Shown in pieces: positions 28,428-37,568 of a stretch of DNA of 64,000 bases. The notes beneath the pieces were generated by a model. It did no database searches. It was not told where the DNA came from and saw only the letters and a program-made list of their open reading frames with translations. The position numbers and the translations under genes are program-made. The stretch is from Sphingobacteriales bacterium (GTDB lineage Bacteria > Bacteroidota > Bacteroidia > Sphingobacteriales > Sphingobacteriaceae). Location: the NCBI GenBank assembly GCA_044448765.1, contig JBIOHG010000012.1, positions 4,504 through 68,503 on the forward strand, given 5' to 3'. The first letter of the stretch is position 1. Every line of letters starts with the position of its first letter.

Positions 28428-29458
28428 ACGCCCGTTTTATGAAATAGGTAATGACTGACGATCCACTCATCGCCATTGTTATAATTCCACAATTCGGCAC
28501 AAGCCATGTAAAATATGCGCCAGTACACCCACCATTTTACAGCCTGATCGGCCCCATAAGTTTCAGTAAATAGCGGCATGATCTCAGCTTGATGCGCATC
28601 CATATTTTTAAGCCAGGCTTCGGATGTTTTGGCGTAATGGGCGCCGCTTACGTGCCAGTGCTTTTCAACTACCAGGTGGTCGTTAAAATAAAACAACAGG
28701 TCATCGCTCGGCATAATACCGCCGGTGAAAAAGTATTTACTCATCCAGTCGGTATCATCTTTTACTTCGAACAGGTAGGCATATTCCTTATGCGTGAAGA
28801 TGTGGATGAACAATTTACCATCCGGTTTAAGGAATGATGCAACCTTCTGCATCAGCAATTGATAGTTGCGCATGTGCTCAAACATCTCTACGGAAACGAT
28901 ACGGTCAAACTGCTCATCGATACTAAAGGTGTTCATATCAGCGGTGATCACCGTCAAATTTTTGATACCGCGATCATGCGCTTGCTGATCAATAAACATT
29001 TTTTGCGTACGCGAATTAGATACCACTTTAAATGTGCTTTTCGGAAACTTAGCAGCCATGTACAGCGATAACGAACCCCAACCGCAACCCAGTTCCAAAA
29101 CCTGCTGACCATCTTTTAATTCTGCACGCTCACAAGTGAGCGCAAGCATATCATCTTCGGAAGTATCGATATCGGTTACACCGTCCTTCCAGTACCCGCT
29201 TGAATATTTAAGGTTTTTGCCGAGGCAATACTGGTAAAATTGGGTGGGTACTTCGTAATGCTGCTGGTTGGCATCGGCTGTGTTAACAGCTATGGGCGAG
29301 GCTTTGAGCTGTGCGATAAGCGACATCAGGTGCGCTTGCTGCGCTTCAACGCCGCCTTTGTTTTCGTCCTGCAAACGCTGCTTTAATAAATTACGGATGC
29401 CCTTACGCAGCAAAAAATCGGGAACTTTATTTTGTTCGATCAGTTTATCGTACCACAT
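28424..29458 (-). CDS. SAM-dependent methyltransferase, Cfa/coclaurine N-methyltransferase-like
   Basis: ANQQHYEVP, LELGCGWGS, SVEMFEHMRN and FFTGG.MPS motifs. Confidence 0.9.
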   Translation of the reverse strand: MWYDKLIEQNKVPDFLLRKGIRNLLKQRLQDENKGGVEAQQAHLMSLIAQLKASPIAVNTADANQQHYEVPTQFYQYCLGKNLKYSSGYWKDGVTDIDTSEDDMLALTCERAELKDGQQVLELGCGWGSLSLYMAAKFPKSTFKVVSNSRTQKMFIDQQAHDRGIKNLTVITADMNTFSIDEQFDRIVSVEMFEHMRNYQLLMQKVASFLKPDGKLFIHIFTHKEYAYLFEVKDDTDWMSKYFFTGGIMPSDDLLFYFNDHLVVEKHWHVSGAHYAKTSEAWLKNMDAHQAEIMPLFTETYGADQAVKWWVYWRIFYMACAELWNYNNGDEWIVSHYLFHKTGV

Positions 29459-29567
29459 TTAAATTCGGGGGTCAGTCCTATCAAGAGATAATTATAAGTT
29501 TTTTAAATTACAGATAATACGATAAATACCGTTAGCCGGATTTTTAAAACTTCAAGTTGTGGAGATT

Positions 29568-30362
29568 TTATTTATTTTTCTTAAACCAGGGAATAAAAGC
29601 ACTGGTAGTTTTTTGGTATTCCCTGAAGGCATCTCCTTTTGAGCGGATGGATTGTTCTTCCGTGATCGGTATGCCGGTCACTTTAAGAAGCAAATACAAA
29701 ATAATAGCCGGACTTATGATGGCGAGATACCCGTACGGCGATCCCAACGCAAAAACGAAATACGACATCCACATCAGCCATTGAAAAAAATAATTGGGGT
29801 GGCGCGAATAGTTCCATAAACCCACGCTGCAAACTTTGCCTTTATTGGCGGGATTTTTTTTGAAGTTTTTTAGTTGATTATCTGCAATTCGTTCGCCGTT
29901 TACACTAATAACCCATAGGATCAAACCCGCCCACTCAAATGGCGATATTATATAGCTGGCGTTCATGCAAATTACAAAAAACGGGATGGCAAGTAAAACA
30001 TTCGAAACAGCCTGCGCCTGGAAAAACCAAAAGAATTTCCGGTCGGCATTTGGCGCCCATTCCCTGCGCAATTGCTGATAACGCCCTTCTTCCCCGTGCA
30101 AATGCGTAACAGTCCGTACCAATATGTGCGATCCAAGCCGCGCGCCGGCAACAATAACCATAACGCATATCATGATCCTGCGCGTTTCGAAACCGGGAGC
30201 CAACAACAATAAAATAATAGCTATAACGGGGAAATTGTACGACCAGAAAATATCGACCACGCCTGTGTTTTTGATCCTGTTGGCCCATAGCCAAACAAAT
30301 ACCATAATTGCGCAACATGCAATAAGGCTGTATGCACCCAGCCACCAAACCGAATTATCCAT
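29568..30362 (-). CDS. DUF1295 (steroid 5-alpha-reductase-like) membrane protein
   Basis: VDIFWS, ADNQL..FK, GLW.YSRHPNYF and TSAFIPW motifs. Confidence 0.9.
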   Translation of the reverse strand: MDNSVWWLGAYSLIACCAIMVFVWLWANRIKNTGVVDIFWSYNFPVIAIILLLLAPGFETRRIMICVMVIVAGARLGSHILVRTVTHLHGEEGRYQQLRREWAPNADRKFFWFFQAQAVSNVLLAIPFFVICMNASYIISPFEWAGLILWVISVNGERIADNQLKNFKKNPANKGKVCSVGLWNYSRHPNYFFQWLMWMSYFVFALGSPYGYLAIISPAIILYLLLKVTGIPITEEQSIRSKGDAFREYQKTTSAFIPWFKKNK

Positions 30363-30690
30363 TTTGTTTGCTAAAAAACTCTTTTAATCCCTCGCCGGGT
30401 TTAAGACTGAACAATTGTATCAGCACATAAACGCAACTGGCGATGCTGCCTAAACATACGAGCAGTATAAGCCACAGGATTTTGAGCAACCAGCTTTTTT
30501 CTTTGTAGCATACCCACACAAATATTACGGTAACGTTGGCGTAAAAATCCCAAAGTGTAGCCCGCATCCACGGGATGCCTCCCAGGAAATTCCATTCTCT
30601 AAACAAATTACTTTGCAGGCTGGTGCTGATGACGGTATAACACATCCACACTAATAAGATACTGAACATAACTTTTAGTGCGGTTATCAT
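30355..30690 (-). CDS. DUF1475 family membrane protein
   Basis: PW..ATL.DFY, W..YKE and LGS...C.Y motifs. Confidence 0.8.
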   Translation of the reverse strand: MITALKVMFSILLVWMCYTVISTSLQSNLFREWNFLGGIPWMRATLWDFYANVTVIFVWVCYKEKSWLLKILWLILLVCLGSIASCVYVLIQLFSLKPGEGLKEFFSKQNG

Positions 30691-30695
30691 AACGT

Positions 30696-31427
30696 TTATA
30701 CCTTTCGTAATTTGATGATCCCGAGTACGTGGAACAACTTCATTACCGGATACGTAGGATCAAGCTCGAACCAGCGTTTGGAGAACCTAGGGTCGTTGGG
30801 TTTTTTGTGGTGATTGTTCTGGAACAATTCGCCCATCATCAGGAAATCAAGCGGGAGCGTGTTTTTGCTGTGATCGCCATTGTCAAAATTAGAGTAGCCG
30901 TATTTGTGGCCGCACCAGTTAACAACCGCTCCCTGGACCGGACCCATCAAAAAGTGGATAGGCAATAACAGGAACAGCCACCAATGGGTCGCAAACGCCA
31001 CATAAAAAGCGGTATAAGCTATACCAAAACAAACACGGGTAACCCAATGGTCGCCTATACGGTCTACAAACGACCAGGTAGGGTAACGGTCTATGAACTG
31101 TGGTTCGGGTTCTATTTTATAACGCTGGTAAGCGAGGTAAATATCTTTGGTTTTCCACATTAAGCCGAACACATCCTTTATAAAATGCGGCGAATGCGGA
31201 TCTTTTTCGGTATCGCTGTAAGCGTGGTGCATACGGTGCATAATGGCATAAGCACGCGGGTTTAAAAATGACGACCCCTGGAAAAAGAAAGTACAAAAAT
31301 AAAATACCTTTTCCCAAAATGGGTTCATTTTAAACATTTTATGAGAGGCATAACGATGCAGGAAAAACGTCTGGAAGAACAGGGATAAAAACCAGTGAGA
31401 CAGGAAGAAAATTATTATTATGATCAT
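30696..31427 (-). CDS. Fatty acid (acyl-CoA) desaturase
   Basis: His boxes HRYASH, HRMHH and QNNHH. Confidence 0.92.
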   Translation of the reverse strand: MIIIIIFFLSHWFLSLFFQTFFLHRYASHKMFKMNPFWEKVFYFCTFFFQGSSFLNPRAYAIMHRMHHAYSDTEKDPHSPHFIKDVFGLMWKTKDIYLAYQRYKIEPEPQFIDRYPTWSFVDRIGDHWVTRVCFGIAYTAFYVAFATHWWLFLLLPIHFLMGPVQGAVVNWCGHKYGYSNFDNGDHSKNTLPLDFLMMGELFQNNHHKKPNDPRFSKRWFELDPTYPVMKLFHVLGIIKLRKV

Positions 31428-31605
31428 TGAATTTAATCGGAATTATATATAAAATACGCAGTTTTTAATTTCGCGGTTCAAAGGTCTTAAAAAAAATGGA
31501 TTATTTGGTTTTTAGGCTTTTAGAAAAGTAAAATGACTTTGATTAGACCAGGCTTACGAAGTTTTTAAAACTTTGTAAGTCTTAAATCCCACCTTTTCCT
31601 TAATG

Positions 31606-32124
31606 TTACTGCGCTTTGACAAACTTCAATGCATACGAATCGAGGCAGTAGCGCAAGCCCGTAGGCGCAGGGCCGTCATCAAATACATGACCCAGGTGCA
31701 GGCCTGTGCTTCGCTCTACTACTTCATCGCGTTCCATACCGTCCGAGTAGTCTTTTACAATCCTAATGGCTTTGGGATCTAATGGTTTAAAGAAACTTGG
31801 CCAGCCGGTACCTGAGTCAAATTTGGCATCAGAGCTAAAGAGTGGTTTGCCGGTAGCCGCGCTCACATAAGTACCCTTGTCGTGGTTGTTCCAAAAGGGA
31901 TTATTGAAGGCCTGCTCGGTACCTTTTTCCACCATAATGTAGTAGGCGTCAGGCGATAAAACCTTCTTCCAGTAGGCATTTGGTTTGGCTTCGGGATAGG
32001 TTTTTACGTCTTCCGAACTGCCCTTTACAATTTTTCCGGCCGGCTGAGATTGGCTGCAGGCGCTAAAAACGGCCATTATCAGCATATTTGTTAAGATGAA
32101 AACTTTTTTTGCGCTCATTATCAT
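31606..32124 (-). CDS. msrB: Peptide-methionine (R)-S-oxide reductase, lipoprotein
   Basis: GTE.AF, KFDSGTGWPSF and HLGHVFDDGP..TGLRYC. Start moved to ATG 32124/32118, downstream of the ECF promoter; lipobox FSAC. Confidence 0.93.
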   Translation of the reverse strand: MIMSAKKVFILTNMLIMAVFSACSQSQPAGKIVKGSSEDVKTYPEAKPNAYWKKVLSPDAYYIMVEKGTEQAFNNPFWNNHDKGTYVSAATGKPLFSSDAKFDSGTGWPSFFKPLDPKAIRIVKDYSDGMERDEVVERSTGLHLGHVFDDGPAPTGLRYCLDSYALKFVKAQ

Positions 32125-32155
32125 AAAGTTATAATTTTTATTATATATATTTATA

Positions 32156-32181
32156 GTCGTAAATCTTAACAATACCTTACA
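32156..32181 (-). promoter_or_regulatory. ECF promoter TGTAAGG-N15-CGAC for msrB
   Basis: TGTAAGG tattgttaagattta CGACTA. Confidence 0.8.
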
Positions 32182-32507
32182 CAAATTTAAAGAAAAAAAT
32201 ATAGCGGCCGCCCGAAGTGTTTTTGAGGTAAACCGCAATCCAGACTTTTATGATAATTCACCCTAATAAAATAATGGACACTTTAGGGGATCTATCATAT
32301 AGTACTGATATGCAACGGGTAATTTATTGCCCGTTGAAGTTATTTTTTTGTGGCTATGTAGAATATAATACACATATTTACAAGCGGAAATTAAACCTCC
32401 GCATATTAAATATGTCAATACAGTAATATTGGCCTGTTTTAAATATACAGGCATAGTTTTTGACTTACTAAATTGCTATAATACTTAATTTAATATAAAG
32501 ACCCAAC

Positions 32508-32612
32508 ATGAACGGCAGCGGCTTAACATTAGTAGGAGTAATCATCACTGTTTTACCAATCGTATTAATTATTGCAACAGTAATAGTACGTGGTAAAAAA
32601 TTATTTGATTAA
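32508..32612 (+). CDS. 34-aa single-TM small protein
   Basis: MNGSGLTLVGVIITVLPIVLIIATVIVRGKKLFD, read by hand; below the ORF-track cutoff. Confidence 0.55.
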   Translation: MNGSGLTLVGVIITVLPIVLIIATVIVRGKKLFD

Positions 32613-32805
32613 TACGTCTACCTTCTTCACTTTTAGGGTGATACACTGCATCTAAAAAATGTCAAGGTGTATGCCCGTTTGACGCAAATTCAAGCGCGAT
32701 TTTCTATTTCTTACTAAGTACGTCCATTTTCTTCATAAATTGCTTATAATGAAGCGGTTATGCTTATTAATTAAATCACTGTGCTTTTTTAAGACATTTG
32801 TTTGC

Positions 32806-35421
32806 CTAAAAACCTTCCCCCCTCCCTTTTTTAACAGCAGGTGCTTTCTTTTGTTTTTCATCACTCTCCCAATTTTTCGGACGTGTTAATTTTGCTATAC
32901 GTTCTTCCATCGTTTCGGTAGTGAGGCGCTCGCGGCCAAGGCTATCGACCATTATGGGGAAAGCAAAGGGCGTCGGGCGACTGATCTCTTTAAGGATGAT
33001 AGTTTGCTTTACAATACGCTGCAAGGCTTCCCGCATACGGAATTCCTCCAACTGGAAGGCCAACGCCTCATTATAAGCCTGCCTCACCAACAAATTACCG
33101 GGGTCGTATTCTTCGAAAACATCAAAAAGCAACGATGATGAAGCCTGCAAATGCCTGTTTTTTACCGGCTGCCCGGGATAACCTGTGAATACCAATCCGC
33201 CAATGTGCGCAATATCCCTGAAACGGCGCCGGGCCATCTCGTTGGCGTTCAGGCTATGCAGGATATCGTCCAAAAGGTTATCTATCGAAAAAAAACTTGC
33301 ATCTTCAAGCGCCTGCTCAATGGGAATATCTTCATCCGCCAGTAATTCGAAGCCATAATCATTCATCGCAATGGAAAACGAGAAATTACGTATCCTGGAG
33401 ATACGATAAGCCAGAAGCGAAGCCATCCCTTCGTGTACCAATCGCCCCTCAAACGGATAAAATAAGATGTGATGCCCTTCGCGGGATTTGTACGACTCGA
33501 TCAAAAATTCATGACTTTGCGGCAAGTGCGACAATTCGGCCTGTAGATCAAATAGGGGTTTAAGCGCGATTACTTCTTCGTCCTCAGCCGTACCGTGCGC
33601 TACCTGGTCGAGCTTATCCCTGAAAATTGCTGATAGTTGCGACGATAATGGCATCCTGCCACCCATCCAGCTGGGTATAAGCCCTTTTTTGGCGGTCGAC
33701 TTTCTCACGTAGGCGCTCATTTCCTTAATGCGTACAAACTCCAGGTTTTGGCCCGCGAACCAGAATGCATCGCCCTCGTTCAATTTTGAAATGAACGACT
33801 CCTCAATTGTACCCAAACTTTTCCCGCTTAAAAATCTCACCCGTATGCTCAGATCACTGGTTATAGTACCAATGCTTAGCCGGTGACGCATTGCAACCCT
33901 GCGGCTGTTTACCTTATACACGCCGCTCTCTATCTCAACCTTCAAAAACTCATCATACTGCGCCAGCACTTTGCCGCCTTTTGTGATAAAGTCGAGCAGA
34001 TCATTAAATTCACTGCGGGTCAGATCGGCGAAAGCATAAGTGCCTCTAACCTCCCTGAACAATTCATCGGCCCTGAAGCCATCAGAGACCGCCAGGGTGA
34101 CCATATATTGTATCAGCACGTCCATGGTGAGCAACATTGGGTCGCGGCTCTCATAGATGCCCTGTTTGATGCCCTGCTTTAAGGCGGCGCCCTCCAATAA
34201 TTCCAAAGAATGCGTTGGCACAAACCAGGCGCGTGATATTGCTCCGGGAGCATGCCCGCTACGCCCTGCGCGCTGCATAAACCGTGCGACGCCCTTCGGG
34301 CTGCCCACCTGTACCACCGAATCCACCGGACGAAAATCGACACCAAGATCAAGGCTGGATGTGCATACCACCACTTTTAAGGCTTCGGCATGCAACGCCT
34401 GCTCTACCCAGTTGCGCAGTTCGTTATCCAGCGAGCCGTGGTGCATAGCCATGATGCCGGCGTATTCGGGATAGTTATCTAAAATGGCATGATACCATAT
34501 CTCGGCTTGTGACCGCGTATTGGTAAAAATCAGCGTGGTTTTGCTTTGCGCGACGATCTCCATCACCTGCGGCAGTAGCCTGACCCCAATATGCCCCGAC
34601 CAGGAATAGCTCTCGATATTTTCGGGGATGACGGATTTGATGACCAACCGCTTATCTACATGCGCCCGCACCATTCGCACCTGGTCGGCTGGAAAGTCAT
34701 TGCCAAGTAATACTTCTGATGCTTGTTCGAGATTGCCGATGGTGGCGCTAATACCCCATATTTGCAGTTTGCAGTTTGCAGTGGGCGGTTGGCAGTCGTT
34801 GGTTTGTTTTTTTGAGTTGGCAGTTTTCACCTCTGAAATATTGCCTACTGCCAACTGGCAACTGCCAACTGAAGAAAGGGCCTTAAGGCGAGACAAGCCC
34901 AACTCCACCTGTACCCCTCTTTTCGTACCCAGCAACTCATGCCACTCATCTATCACCACAACCTGTAAGCCTTGGAATATTCTGAAATATTCCTTTTGCG
35001 CCAGCATCAGGTGCAGGCTTTCGGGGGTAGTGAGCAATACTTCGGGCAGTTTTTTCTTTAAAGCTTGTTTGTCGGCGGCTGACGTATCGCCTGTGCGGGT
35101 CATTACGCGCCAGGGAATACCAATCTCATCACAAACCTCCTGCATCGCTTTTTTAATGTCATTAGTAAGCGCGCGCAAAGGCGTTATCCAGAGCATCATC
35201 AGGCCGTTGTTTTGGCGGGTGGTGTAGGTGTCAGGATATTTGTTAATGTAATCGGCCAGGAAGGGCAAAAACAGCGCAAAGGTTTTACCGCTACCGGTGG
35301 GCGCGTTCAGCAAGCCGGAATAGCCGGAAAGATAGGCTTCTTCCATTTCCTGCTGGAAAGGGAACTGCTGCCAGTTCTTCTGCCGGTACCATTCTCGTAT
35401 AACTTGTTGCCCCTGGGTCAT
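32806..35421 (-). CDS. Ligase-associated DNA damage response DEXH-box (Lhr-like) helicase
   Basis: APTGSGKT, DEWHEL, SAT, HHGSL and QRAGRSGH motifs. Confidence 0.93.
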   Translation of the reverse strand: MTQGQQVIREWYRQKNWQQFPFQQEMEEAYLSGYSGLLNAPTGSGKTFALFLPFLADYINKYPDTYTTRQNNGLMMLWITPLRALTNDIKKAMQEVCDEIGIPWRVMTRTGDTSAADKQALKKKLPEVLLTTPESLHLMLAQKEYFRIFQGLQVVVIDEWHELLGTKRGVQVELGLSRLKALSSVGSCQLAVGNISEVKTANSKKQTNDCQPPTANCKLQIWGISATIGNLEQASEVLLGNDFPADQVRMVRAHVDKRLVIKSVIPENIESYSWSGHIGVRLLPQVMEIVAQSKTTLIFTNTRSQAEIWYHAILDNYPEYAGIMAMHHGSLDNELRNWVEQALHAEALKVVVCTSSLDLGVDFRPVDSVVQVGSPKGVARFMQRAGRSGHAPGAISRAWFVPTHSLELLEGAALKQGIKQGIYESRDPMLLTMDVLIQYMVTLAVSDGFRADELFREVRGTYAFADLTRSEFNDLLDFITKGGKVLAQYDEFLKVEIESGVYKVNSRRVAMRHRLSIGTITSDLSIRVRFLSGKSLGTIEESFISKLNEGDAFWFAGQNLEFVRIKEMSAYVRKSTAKKGLIPSWMGGRMPLSSQLSAIFRDKLDQVAHGTAEDEEVIALKPLFDLQAELSHLPQSHEFLIESYKSREGHHILFYPFEGRLVHEGMASLLAYRISRIRNFSFSIAMNDYGFELLADEDIPIEQALEDASFFSIDNLLDDILHSLNANEMARRRFRDIAHIGGLVFTGYPGQPVKNRHLQASSSLLFDVFEEYDPGNLLVRQAYNEALAFQLEEFRMREALQRIVKQTIILKEISRPTPFAFPIMVDSLGRERLTTETMEERIAKLTRPKNWESDEKQKKAPAVKKGRGEGF

Positions 35422-35559
35422 AGATAAGTGTTATCGCTCGTTTATTAACAATAAGTGATAAAATTGTTGATAACTATTGGCGGTACCCACAAATAAAAAA
35501 GTTTTCCATTTTGAATTACCATTTTTAATACCCATTTTTGGATTATCAAATTATTCATC

Positions 35560-36276
35560 ATGTCAAAAGTTGTAGAATATCCTAGCGCCTCCTTTAAAGC
35601 AGCCCAAGAGTTGGCCAATTCAGCTGACTCCCTCGGTGGTTCAAGTTCATCTGAGTTGTGTGCCGAAAAAATGGGCAACAAACTCGGTGGTGGTTTTACG
35701 AACATAATTAGTTCAGCACAAAAATTTAAATTAATTAACTATAAATCTGGTCAAATAACTACGTCTTCCTTATTTCGAGATATAAAATTATCTTACACTG
35801 AAGAAGAAAAGATGAGGCTATTGATCACATCCTTTCTTTCTCCACCTGTTTTCTTTCGCTTATATGAAAGATTTAAAGGTAAGGAACTTCCTATTTCCAT
35901 GTTGGAAAAAATGTTAATCAAAGAATATGCCGTTGATGACAATGCTGCAAGTAGAATCAAGAAGTATTTTATAGATGGAGCTAAGTCTGTAGGGTTGCTA
36001 GACTCACAAAACCATCTAATTGCAATAGAAACCGATAAAAAGGAAAATTCATCTGTTGTTGAAATAGAGGAGATAGAAATAATCCCTGAGAGTAACAATT
36101 CCATAAATGAAACCAGTTCAAATGTTATAAGTTTATCCGACCTAGATGAGTTTGTGTTTCACATAACTGGGCCAGGGATAAATTCAAGAATTGCAATCAG
36201 AGAAGAAGAAGATTTTATAATATTAGAAGCTATGATAAGAAAAATCAAAAAACGGTTTGATTTTAATAGCAATTAA
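35560..36276 (+). CDS. Hypothetical AT-rich protein
   Basis: 238-aa ORF followed by a CCCAGTTG/CAACTGGG hairpin. Confidence 0.75.
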   Translation: MSKVVEYPSASFKAAQELANSADSLGGSSSSELCAEKMGNKLGGGFTNIISSAQKFKLINYKSGQITTSSLFRDIKLSYTEEEKMRLLITSFLSPPVFFRLYERFKGKELPISMLEKMLIKEYAVDDNAASRIKKYFIDGAKSVGLLDSQNHLIAIETDKKENSSVVEIEEIEIIPESNNSINETSSNVISLSDLDEFVFHITGPGINSRIAIREEEDFIILEAMIRKIKKRFDFNSN

Positions 36277-36548
36277 AAAGAAACCCAGTTGCTCGAACAA
36301 CTGGGCTATTAATCATGAGGAACATTGATTCACCTCAGGACGATTGGATATTCACTCCTTACATCACTGTGAAAGGCAAGAGAGTTTATCCTAAAAAATC
36401 TAAAGTTTTCAAATTCAAAAAACGAAAGCGTTAGAGTCCGATTAAGGCTATCCTCCAGGAGGAATAGCCTTTTTTTATACAAAATAAGTAAAAGTATTCT
36501 AAGTAGCAAACCAAATTTAAACAATGACCTGATAATTAACGGTTTAGT

Positions 36549-37409
36549 TTATTGATTGCTCTTTACCAACCTCATCAAGTCCCCAATTAGTTGCGGTGAT
36601 TTTAATATTCGCTCGTGCCCGGTGCCGGGATATTCACTGTTTTCAATAAATGGATATTTATTTAAAAATCCTTCCAGGTAATCATAGGTCGAAATAAGGT
36701 CGCCTTTATCGTAAGCAAGCCAATGCTTAAGCCGGGCATCAAAGGGGTACCAATTATTTAAGTTAAAGTGAGATGCAGGCATATTAAACTTAACCTTGAA
36801 GTCGTCCAAAAATTTAGTTTGCGCAGCCTGCGGTACACCTACTGCATTCATACTGGCTTCAAAGTTTTCTTTCAGACGGATAAGCGGGGTCAAACTAACT
36901 AACAATGACGGAGACACCGACAATTCTTTAAGCGCCACAACATTTGCCATTCCCCCAAGCGAATGCCCGATCAGAACATCAGGCGTACCATAATTTTGGA
37001 TGATGGCCTTAACGGCTTCCTTGTATAATAAAAGGTTAGATAACTCACCCTCAGAGCTTCCATTCCCCGGTGCGTCAAAGGCAATAATTTGTACGTCATC
37101 GACTTCGCGCAAAGCTGTAATAAGCTCGCTAAAATCAGCTGCTTTTGAGCCCCAGCCATGTGTAATTAATATTTTCCTTTGGCCGCTGCCCCATATAAAG
37201 CCATTGAAATGCAATTCCTTTTGGGCAAAATATTCGTCCTTAACAGGCAGGCTAAACTTTTCTGCCTCATTCAGCAACTGCTCCTGCTGCAGGCGCAGAG
37301 GCATTTTGGGCGAATAGCATATCAATTGCCAAAGCAGATCGTTAAGGTCATCCGGGGTATCGGCAATCGCTGTTTTAACATCGGCAATTATCTGTCGTAA
37401 TTTTTTCAT
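36549..37409 (-). CDS. Alpha/beta hydrolase
   Basis: HGW, DAPGNG.S, GHSLGG and GH..IL motifs. Confidence 0.88.
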   Translation of the reverse strand: MKKLRQIIADVKTAIADTPDDLNDLLWQLICYSPKMPLRLQQEQLLNEAEKFSLPVKDEYFAQKELHFNGFIWGSGQRKILITHGWGSKAADFSELITALREVDDVQIIAFDAPGNGSSEGELSNLLLYKEAVKAIIQNYGTPDVLIGHSLGGMANVVALKELSVSPSLLVSLTPLIRLKENFEASMNAVGVPQAAQTKFLDDFKVKFNMPASHFNLNNWYPFDARLKHWLAYDKGDLISTYDYLEGFLNKYPFIENSEYPGTGHERILKSPQLIGDLMRLVKSNQ

Positions 37410-37505
37410 GGGATCTATCCAAATTTATAAACTTATGCCGGATACGACGGTCATAGAAAAATAACAATAAAAAAGTCCTGCAATCAATTACAGGACCAAA
37501 ATATT

Positions 37506-37568
37506 AAAAGCCCCTCTCCACCTGGAGGGGGGCTGGGCCTGCCTGCCGGCAGGCAGGGTTAGGCTTTT
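37506..37568. repeat. REP-like hairpin with nested CCTGCCTGCCGGCAGGCAGG palindrome
   Basis: AGCCCCTCTCCA-CC-TGGAGGGGGCT followed by a perfect 20-bp palindrome. Confidence 0.6.

Noticed and set aside
32125-32238. Long N-terminal extension of MsrB in the ORF track
   Set aside because: It overlaps the ECF promoter; the true start is likely ATG 32124 or 32118.
32263-32454. 63-aa minus-strand ORF
   Set aside because: AT-rich, no recognisable features; insufficient support.
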